Positions 53,170 to 61,781 of a stretch of DNA of 64,000 nucleotides are shown here, piece by piece (position 1 is the stretch's first letter; each line of letters begins with the position of its first letter). The notes under the pieces are model-generated. The model ran no database searches and had not been told where the DNA came from. It saw nothing but the letters and a program-made list of their open reading frames with translations. Position numbers and translations under genes: made by a program. Source of the stretch: a virus. Location of the stretch: positions 9,785-73,784 of the IMG/VR virus record IMGVR_UViG_3300005264_000010; one strand, written 5' to 3'.

Positions 53170-53202
53170 TTTATTTCTCCTTTTAAATTAACTTACAAAT
53201 GT

Positions 53203-53261
53203 AATATAATAATAATTTTTAATAATGTCAAGCTTTATTATTGAATTTATAAATATAAATA
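53203..53261. promoter_or_regulatory. back-to-back early (minus) and late (plus) promoters
   Basis: aatata 53203 / tgtcaa 53226; TATAAATATAAATA from 53248. Confidence 0.85.
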
Positions 53262-53292
53262 AAACTAATATAAAAATTATGAGGTAAATCAG

Positions 53293-53886
53293 ATGGCAGT
53301 AATTAGTGTAGCACAATATAATAATATTCATGTAGAAACAATTGGAGATCCAGATCCAATTACACTTGGATATACAATAAATGATTCAGTAGTTGGAAGT
53401 AATATAGTTGAGAATGAATATGAAATAACTCCTATAGTGGGAAATAATGATTTTGGTGCACTAACTTTTAGTAGTGCATACTATAAAGAATTATTCTATC
53501 TATATTTAGAAGTTGATGGAGTAGATAAAGATCCAGCTCTTCAGGGTAGAAAAGCAATTAAGTTATCAATTCTATCTACCGATACAGTAAATGAAAAAGC
53601 AGTAAAACTAAATGAATTGATTAATATGAGATTTAATAAATATTTTTCTTCAACAATTAGTGGGAATATTGTTACTATTAAATGTAATGAAAGAGGACCT
53701 GCTGAAGCTATTAAAGATGGAAGTGGAACTACTTATAATTTTACTACATTAGCAAGACCTGCTTTAAAAAGAGTGAGTGGATATATATACGTAAAAAGAG
53801 ACTCTGGTGAGACAATTATTAGGGATAAGAAATATGTTTCTGTGATTGCTAACTTAGAAGATAATGCAATGTTGATGGGCTACTAG
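53293..53886 (+). CDS. late, probably virion-associated protein
   Basis: solo + strand gene behind a late promoter. Confidence 0.6.
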   Translation: MAVISVAQYNNIHVETIGDPDPITLGYTINDSVVGSNIVENEYEITPIVGNNDFGALTFSSAYYKELFYLYLEVDGVDKDPALQGRKAIKLSILSTDTVNEKAVKLNELINMRFNKYFSSTISGNIVTIKCNERGPAEAIKDGSGTTYNFTTLARPALKRVSGYIYVKRDSGETIIRDKKYVSVIANLEDNAMLMGY

Positions 53887-53898
53887 AAATATTAAATC

Positions 53899-53940
53899 AA
53901 AAATGTCTTACTTAAATTCTCAAATAAGTAAGACATTTTT
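53899..53940. terminator. bidirectional terminator
   Basis: aaaaatgtcttactta/taagtaagacattttt between convergent genes. Confidence 0.85.
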
Positions 53941-53947
53941 AATATTA

Positions 53948-55029
53948 CTAATAATTAGCTAATAGTAACAAAAATCCTATTACTGGTGGAACTACATAAA
54001 ATACCCACCATCTATACCAAATTAGCTTTCCATATATATTGAATGTTACATCATCAGTTTTAATATTCCATGTACCTTTATTCATCATTTCAAATAATAC
54101 ATTAGCTATTGCTGAGTGAGATAATACATCTATTAAACTTAATTCAGTAGTTAAATCCGACCTTCCTATCATATAAGATAAAAACATTAAACTCATTAAA
54201 CCATGATAATCTAAAAATCTAGTTGTTCCTGTTTCTTTATCCCATATTAATTTCTGAATTGCTCCCACAATAATAAAGAATATGTAAATATCCCATGCTT
54301 CTAAAATCATTTTATTTCTCCTATTTAAAATATGGAGGCTTTTTGTTATTCACCAATTTAGTATCATGAGTACTAAAAATCACTCTGAATTTTTTGTTAC
54401 CTACCAAATACCCGATGTATTTACAGATCATACTCATAATAAAACATAGTAGAGAGCTGTCCGGGTTTGTTTTTTTATTTCTTATCATAATATTTATAAA
54501 TCAAGTTAGCTAATTTTACTATTGCTTCTTCATAAGTTGGAGCACCACAATCTAATCTAACATCATGGTAATGTTCAACTGGATCTGAAGTGTAATCTAT
54601 TTCTCCACATTCCAACCAAATTTCTATTTCGGTATTTAGTTTCATATCGTCATCAACTCTTCCAGTAATTGGGTTTACTTTCATTACTGATATATCTATA
54701 TTGTTATTGAACCACTTATCTTTATCATATCCTACTATATACCAATAAGCATCATAATGATTATCAAATTTCATTTCTACTTCATTAGTTTTAGCTATGA
54801 ATATTGCTTTGTCTTCACTATCCATTTAATAGTTACCTTCCATCCACTTTATTTCTTTACTATAAAATTTAAACTTTCTAATACTCAACCAAATAATTGA
54901 TATTGGTGAAAATAACATAAACACAAATAGCAACCCAAGTTCTGCTAAACTTATTAAACTATCATTTTTATTTACTAATACCATTCCTACAAAAAATGAT
55001 AATAATAAATATGCTATAATATAATACAT
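53948..55029 (-). other. three hypothetical ORFs (two membrane proteins)
   Basis: ORF track plus SD. Confidence 0.65.
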
Positions 55030-55144
55030 TTTTTAATTCTCCTTTTTATAATTCTATATAAGTTACCATAATCCCATATTGCATATATCAATCTTCTTTA
55101 TTATGAAATTTTACTGTTTTAATTCTTCCATTAGGTTTCATAAT

Positions 55145-58100
55145 CTATTTCTTCAAAATTTTACTACCATTAACATCTTTGACTATATTTATAGTTTCTA
55201 TATCTTCATCTTGCATTAAGTGTTCAACAATAAATATTGTTTTGTCTTTACTCATCTCTTTCAATATATCAATAATTACTTTAGTCTTATTTTCATCTAA
55301 ACCATTTATGATTTCATCAAAGACTAAGAAATTTACATTAGCACCAAACATTTTTTCTTGCATCTCATCTAATGCGAAAATTATCGAAAAATCTACTGAT
55401 TGAGCTTCTCCACTAGATAGATTATCAAATGTTAAATTCTCATAACCACCTAGAAATGAAGTATTTAGTGAAGAATCGAATAGTATACCAAAATCAACAT
55501 TAAAGTTAGCTAATATCTTATTAAATGAGTAATTCAAATGGTTTAGATATTGACTAACAATATAAGATTTGATATTACCATCAGATAGTAGCATTTTTCT
55601 TATAAATTCATTATGTAAACTTTCTTGATACTCATCTTCATATCTATTATTCTCTTTTTCTAACTCATTCTCTAATCTAACTCTTTCGTCATCTTTAATT
55701 ATTATGTTTTCTAAACTAACATCTAATTTAACAATTTCTTTCTTGATTTCAGCAATTTTCTTATCATTCTTTTTATGTAGCTTTTTAATAGCTTTCTCTA
55801 CACTTTCTATTTCAGATGATATATTTAATATATCTTCATTTAAAGTTGAAATTACAGTACTCTTTGACTCGTTTAAATCAATTATATCTTGTTCTTTATC
55901 CTTAATCTTAATCAACATTGATTCTTTATAAGTTTTAATCTTAGATTTAATAGTTTTTCTTTCTAATAAGTTCTTTTTCATATTCTCAATATTATTCTCA
56001 GCTCTTATATTAAAAACTTTCAACTCAACTTCATCGGTATGCTCTATCTTTTCAAGTTTCTTCTTTAATTTAAATAGATCGCCTTGTAATTCAAAATCTT
56101 TTTCCATAGCTTTAATATTTTCAGCTAAAGTAACTTCAATTTCAGTTTTCAGTTTTTTTAATTTTGATAATTCTTTATTCTCGTAATCAATGCTTACTTG
56201 CATTATATCTAATTTCATATCACTAGTAATTTTAGGAATTTTATCACAATCTTTACAGACCTTTTTCATAATTCTAATTCTTTTATTACCACTTTCAAGA
56301 GATGATTCTTTCTTTGCAATGAAAATATTAATTTCATTTATATCAGAAATTATAGTGTCTCTTTGTTCGTTTATCTTCTTATTAGAAATATTAAGTTCAT
56401 CTGTCTTTATTTCTTTTTTCATAGTACTTATTTCATCTCTGACTATCTCTATTTCCTTTACATGTCTTTCATTATATTTATTCTTACTTTCTACTAACAA
56501 ATCATCATATTGTTTACTTAGTTCATCAATATTATTTCTATATTCAGTAATTTGCAATTTAGCTTCTTTCTTTAATATAGAAATTTCTTTTTTAATTTTA
56601 ATTTCCCTATTATTAAAATCTATTTCAACATCTTTATTTTTAAGTACAAATAATTTTCTATTTTTATCTTCTTTACTATCTTGTAGTATTTCTAATTTCT
56701 CATCTGATTCAATATCTTCAATACTATCTGTTAAGCTAGTAATTTGATTATTAATTTCAGTTTCTTTCATTTCTTCTAAATCTCTAATATGATCAGTCTC
56801 TTTTTCAATAAGCATTTTCCATTTATCAATATCTTTTTCAGATAATTCTAACACTCTTTTATTATCTTTAATATCTAACTTAACAGATTCTAAAATATTA
56901 CCAAATACTTCCAGATTAAATAGTGTTTCTAAATAATCTCTTTTCTTACTTGCATCTAATAAAGAAAATGGGACATAATTTTTCTTATTTTTCAACATCT
57001 TGTATTGTAATTGTTTTTTATCAATACCAATTATGTCATCTAATACTTTTTGAAAGTTAGTTGTTTTCTCTAATTCTTTACCATTCTTAACTATCTTGAA
57101 TATATTTGGCTTTAATCCTCTTGTAACTTCTATTTTATCATCATTTATGTAAAATACACCTTCAACTAATAATTTTTTCTTAGTAATATTATTTATTAAA
57201 TTATCTTTGTTTTTACCTAGAGCAGAAGTACCAAATAATAAGAAATTAGGAACTTCAATAGCAAGAGTAGTTTTACCACCACCATTCTCAGCAATTAATC
57301 TGAATATCCCATCTTCAAATTTATACTCTGTCCAGTAATCACCAAATGATACTATATTTTTAAATCTCATACTTTCAAATCTTAACTTATTAGTAATTGA
57401 GTTAATCTTATCATTATTCTCTTTTACATTTACATAGTGTTGAAAAAATATATCTTTGATTTTATCAATATTTAAACTATCAGATAATTCTAAATTATCA
57501 AAATATTCTGTCATCAAACTATGAGTATCAATAACTTTATTATCATCAATTTCACCAATACTAAATTTATCATTCAATATTTCTAAATTTATTTTTTGTT
57601 TTAGATTAGATATTGAATTTTTAAAGTCTTCGTAAACTAATCTATCATCAACTGATCTAGTGATTAGCTTAACATAATTATTTCCAATATAATTTAATGC
57701 TTTCTTATGGTTAGTGAATGTTTTTATTTCAAATAAACCTTCAATTTCAATTTTATCCGCTTTATAATTAACATTAATAAATTTAGGTGAAAATTCATTA
57801 CTTACCCATTGTTCTTTTCCAGTTTGACTATCAAATACAATAAATCCATGATCTTCATTTATATTTGAGAAATTTAATTGAAATAAACTACCAATATAAG
57901 TTACATTTTTAATTTTACTTGGGGAGTGATAATGTCCAGTATATACTCGTTTAAAATTTTTGAATAATTCTATATTATATCCTTTTTTGGAAACTGAATT
58001 ACTATTTTGCATTGCCCCTACAATATCAAGATGAGCAAAGCAATAATCATTTCTATCATCAAATAACATCTCTTCATCAAACATATAAGGTAAAACAGTA

Positions 58101-58462
58101 ATATTATTATGTGATGTATTTCTACTAACTATTTCTATATATTCAGATTTGTATACAAATAGAGGCGAATGTGAATTTGTTTCAAGGTGATACATATCAT
58201 GGTTACCTATCAAAATAGTCAAACCAATTTCATTTTCATCAAACCAATCAAAAAATCTTTTCTTAACTTCAGATAATATATAATTATCTGTATTTTTCCT
58301 AGAATTAAATGTATCTCCGAGCTGATATATTCTGCTAATACCATTTTCTATGATATATGGAAATAATATCTTTTCAAAATACTCCAATTGATAATTTAAA
58401 AATTTTTGGTTATTTGAATATATACCAAAGTGTATATCTCCAATTATTATACTTTTATTCAT
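55145..58462 (-). CDS. fused gp47-gp46 (Mre11-Rad50 / SbcD-SbcC) recombination nuclease-ATPase
   Basis: GDIHFG, LGD, GNHD, GHYH; then FKNIVSFG, ENGGGKTT, CKDC hook, LSSGE, FDE. Confidence 0.93.
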   Translation of the reverse strand: MNKSIIIGDIHFGIYSNNQKFLNYQLEYFEKILFPYIIENGISRIYQLGDTFNSRKNTDNYILSEVKKRFFDWFDENEIGLTILIGNHDMYHLETNSHSPLFVYKSEYIEIVSRNTSHNNITVLPYMFDEEMLFDDRNDYCFAHLDIVGAMQNSNSVSKKGYNIELFKNFKRVYTGHYHSPSKIKNVTYIGSLFQLNFSNINEDHGFIVFDSQTGKEQWVSNEFSPKFINVNYKADKIEIEGLFEIKTFTNHKKALNYIGNNYVKLITRSVDDRLVYEDFKNSISNLKQKINLEILNDKFSIGEIDDNKVIDTHSLMTEYFDNLELSDSLNIDKIKDIFFQHYVNVKENNDKINSITNKLRFESMRFKNIVSFGDYWTEYKFEDGIFRLIAENGGGKTTLAIEVPNFLLFGTSALGKNKDNLINNITKKKLLVEGVFYINDDKIEVTRGLKPNIFKIVKNGKELEKTTNFQKVLDDIIGIDKKQLQYKMLKNKKNYVPFSLLDASKKRDYLETLFNLEVFGNILESVKLDIKDNKRVLELSEKDIDKWKMLIEKETDHIRDLEEMKETEINNQITSLTDSIEDIESDEKLEILQDSKEDKNRKLFVLKNKDVEIDFNNREIKIKKEISILKKEAKLQITEYRNNIDELSKQYDDLLVESKNKYNERHVKEIEIVRDEISTMKKEIKTDELNISNKKINEQRDTIISDINEINIFIAKKESSLESGNKRIRIMKKVCKDCDKIPKITSDMKLDIMQVSIDYENKELSKLKKLKTEIEVTLAENIKAMEKDFELQGDLFKLKKKLEKIEHTDEVELKVFNIRAENNIENMKKNLLERKTIKSKIKTYKESMLIKIKDKEQDIIDLNESKSTVISTLNEDILNISSEIESVEKAIKKLHKKNDKKIAEIKKEIVKLDVSLENIIIKDDERVRLENELEKENNRYEDEYQESLHNEFIRKMLLSDGNIKSYIVSQYLNHLNYSFNKILANFNVDFGILFDSSLNTSFLGGYENLTFDNLSSGEAQSVDFSIIFALDEMQEKMFGANVNFLVFDEIINGLDENKTKVIIDILKEMSKDKTIFIVEHLMQDEDIETINIVKDVNGSKILKK

Positions 58463-58528
58463 TTACAAGTTTCTCCATTTTTAGCTATAAATTTGTTGTT
58501 TTCTCTCATGTATAAAACAAGAAATTTT

Positions 58529-58557
58529 AATATAATACTTTTATTGTTTTTTGTCAA
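58529..58557 (-). promoter_or_regulatory. early promoter
   Basis: TTGACA-17-TATATT. Confidence 0.8.
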
Positions 58558-58567
58558 CTAAAATATA

Positions 58568-59143
58568 TTAACATTTTGTTTTCCATCCATAATTCATTAA
58601 GAAAAAATTAGCTTCTTCAGTAGCAAGTTTCTTTGTTAATCCTAAACTTCTCAAATCATCAACAAACCAATTTTTAAATTTATTTTCTTCATCTTGAGAC
58701 CAAGTATTAACTAAAAACCAATCTTCTTCTGAAACTAAATTATCAGTATATTCAGCTCCAATAAATTTAAACATTTCTTTAATTATCCACATTTTATACT
58801 CTTGTATATTTTGATTTCTTTCCTTTTGTAATTTACTTTCTAATAACATATTTTACTCCTTAGTTCCTATTATTATCCAACAATTATCTTTTTGATTAGG
58901 CTGGACAATATAATTACCATGAATATCCATATTAAGAGTTTCAACATCTAATAATTTATACATCTTCCCTTGATTAATACTTAATTGTTGACCAAATGGT
59001 GTATTAATAGCTCTAATACAAGAATTTGCCATTTCTACTATTCTTTTGAATGATATATTACCAATTTTCTTAATATCATCTGGTATTGGTTCTATTTCTG
59101 TTTGTTGGTTTGTGTAAAAACTATAACTATGATTACTAAACAT
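58568..59143 (-). other. two hypothetical ORFs
   Basis: ORF track. Confidence 0.6.
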
Positions 59144-59153
59144 TGTTTTATCC

Positions 59154-59963
59154 TTATATAAATTTTTTAATTATGTCAGATATATTATTTTTAGATTTCT
59201 GTTTTCTTAACACATATATATTATCACCATAAAAATTTCCATATCCTCCTTTTAACTGTCTATAATAATTTATATTATAGTTTTTTCCTGAACTACCTTT
59301 AGTTTCTCCATAATCTTTTATTATATGTTGTTTTAATATATATCCTCTTTTTAATACCATATTTTTTAAGATTTCTCCTAATTCTATTTCTTCACTATTC
59401 TTATATAAATTACCACAAGCTAAAATAAAATACCCATCTTTATTTAGATATTTATCTACATTATTTAAAATATCATTCCACCAATTTAAAAAGTCTTCTA
59501 ATGTTTTTGAATAGCTACCATCACCTTCAATATTGTTATATTTCACAATATCCCAATACGGAGGATGAGCAAGTATCATATCTACTTGTGACTTAGGATT
59601 AAATGCTCTAGTGTCAGCTTCAATAATATAGTCTTTTTTAGATACAATATCATTTATAATACATTGTCTACCTAAAAAATTACTTACTTCATAGTCAACA
59701 CCACTCCCACCAAATATTGACCATACAATAGATGTTTTTTTAGTAAACCTCGAAATCATTTGAAATGGTATTTCAGCAATCCATATCCCATGATGATCTT
59801 TAGCTGGTTTAGGTAGGTATTTTCTATTAGGTATTATAAAATTACCACTATTTGGTATAATACTTGTACTCGATAACCACCTAGAATTTGTAGTAAGTTT
59901 AATTTCCAGTAAATATTTTTTCCATTCGTCTAAATTTATATCACAATGTTTAGGTACTTTCAT
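59154..59963 (-). CDS. amino-methyltransferase (probably DNA N6A/N4C)
   Basis: IFGGSG then AHPPYW. Confidence 0.8.
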   Translation of the reverse strand: MKVPKHCDINLDEWKKYLLEIKLTTNSRWLSSTSIIPNSGNFIIPNRKYLPKPAKDHHGIWIAEIPFQMISRFTKKTSIVWSIFGGSGVDYEVSNFLGRQCIINDIVSKKDYIIEADTRAFNPKSQVDMILAHPPYWDIVKYNNIEGDGSYSKTLEDFLNWWNDILNNVDKYLNKDGYFILACGNLYKNSEEIELGEILKNMVLKRGYILKQHIIKDYGETKGSSGKNYNINYYRQLKGGYGNFYGDNIYVLRKQKSKNNISDIIKKFI

Positions 59964-60156
59964 TATTATCCTCTATTATTTTCTCTAACCTATCCAATTC
60001 ATAATCATTTATCATGACTATATAGTTATTTTCATAATCATACCCAACATCAGCTTTCATATTCTCTTGAGCTACTAGTTGTTGAAGATTAATATTAGTT
60101 TTATTTCTTTTGATTCTTACTCTATAAAAATTATCTGAAATCTGTTCTTTAATCAT
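59950..60156 (-). CDS. hypothetical protein
   Basis: SD aagga. Confidence 0.6.
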   Translation of the reverse strand: MIKEQISDNFYRVRIKRNKTNINLQQLVAQENMKADVGYDYENNYIVMINDYELDRLEKIIEDNNEST

Positions 60157-60968
60157 TTACTATTCCTTTAACCACTGGTTGTTCACCATTAAATATAACT
60201 CCAACTCTATTTATAATTTTCATTAAAATTGGCATTTCTACTCTTTCAACAACACTTCTTTCAATCATTAAATCTGGATTGTTTCGAGCATCATGTTTAA
60301 GTGGCAATTTATCCAACTCTTCAGCTGAAAATTTAGTTAATCTTTTAACTCGCTGTATATATGTTCCTCTTTTCAAATCGCTGGACAAATCATTCCAGTT
60401 AATACCTTTTTCATTTAGCATATTTAACATTATTTTAGTATTCTTCTTATGTAGAGTATTGTGAGAAAAATGGAATTGAGCCAACATAGAAATACTATTC
60501 TTAGTAGCATCCAATTCTCGCCACAATACCGCATTCACACCTTCTTCAAGAGTGGGAACATTAAAACTTCTACAATCAAATGTAGGTAAGTTATTAACTC
60601 TTTCAGGAAAATATTTTGGTAGTAAAGAGTTGAAATAAACTGAACATTTCGAGGCTACTAAAGAATTCAATTTATCTCTTTTACCATCTAAAAATACTTG
60701 TGTTTTATAATTATCTGAATATAGAACTAATGTAATTTCATCTGATTGAGTGTACCCAATATTAGCATTAGTGTAGTTAACAAGATATTTAGTAGTTAAC
60801 TCCATAATTTTTCTAAAATTAAGATCAAAAGGCTTTTCCATACCTTTAGTAAATGTTGAAAAATTCTTCCCATCCAATCTAATTATTATTGGTATTTGTG
60901 AAAATAATCTCTTCTTTTCAATCGATTCATACCCCCTTTATTCTGTTACCTAGTGCTGTCTTATCCAT
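60149..60968 (-). pseudogene. Thg1-like tRNA-His guanylyltransferase, +1 frameshift in a G5 run
   Basis: MDKTALGNRIKG / YESIEK...IIRLDGKNF, KPFD, YTQSDEI, FDCR, WRE.DA.KNSI. Confidence 0.85.
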
Positions 60969-61395
60969 TATAATATCCTATTTACAGGTAATAATTTACC
61001 ATTATTAAATTCAATTTCACTTTTTTCATGAGTCATTTTACTATTAAAATACTTAATTCTATCATATAATAATAAACTCTGACATAATGTTCTTTTATCA
61101 ATAACTATATGATAACCTTTATTTGAAGTAACTATCATAAATTTGCAATTATCATGAATATCTATTAAATTCATTTTATCATCTATTCTATATATACAAT
61201 ATCATCTATTACAATTTCTGTTTCTGACCATCTATCTTCATCAGCAAAATTCACAGCACTATTTTGAATATTTCCTGATAAGGCAATAAGATCCTTAATC
61301 GTTTTTGGCATCTCATATCCATTTTCTTCATTAATTACTATTTCTTGATATTGAGTTCTTACAACAAAAATCTTTACTTCTTTTAAATCTTTCAT
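60968..61395 (-). other. two small hypothetical ORFs
   Basis: ORF track. Confidence 0.55.
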
Positions 61396-61398
61396 GAT

Positions 61399-61728
61399 CT
61401 AATTTCCCCTATTCATAGTTTTCCATGAGAATAAAATTGCATCTTTATTATCAATCCCTTTAACATCTTTATTTTTCTTCTTTAACCATTTTTTCAAATC
61501 TTTCATTTCTTTAGAACTAATCTCTTTATTATCTTTCTGCCACTTATAACTCATTATTGAATTATCACTTAATTTGATTCTAACTTCAAATTCATCTTTT
61601 TTAATTACATGATAATGTATAGGTAAATGATCGGTATATACATTAATTTTTAGTTGATCAATTGTATCTATATTAGCCATTTCAATTAATAAATTATCTT
61701 GTTGTTCATAATATTCTTTGAAATTCAT
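61399..61728 (-). CDS. DUF4160-like protein with capsid-targeting-like leader
   Basis: MNFKEY...LIE|MA; VYTDHLPIHYHV...KW.......W. Confidence 0.6.
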   Translation of the reverse strand: MNFKEYYEQQDNLLIEMANIDTIDQLKINVYTDHLPIHYHVIKKDEFEVRIKLSDNSIMSYKWQKDNKEISSKEMKDLKKWLKKKNKDVKGIDNKDAILFSWKTMNRGN

Positions 61729-61752
61729 TTTATTTCTCCTTTATTTACTAAC

Positions 61753-61781
61753 AATATAACAAATCTTTTTAATTATGTCAA
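61753..61781 (-). promoter_or_regulatory. early promoter
   Basis: TTGACA-17-TATATT. Confidence 0.8.

Noticed and set aside
5312-60464. Many short ORFs antisense to or overlapping long genes (e.g. 5312, 9880, 19526, 24225, 27361, 56190)
   Set aside because: Shadow frames of AT-rich coding sequence, no SD, biased composition
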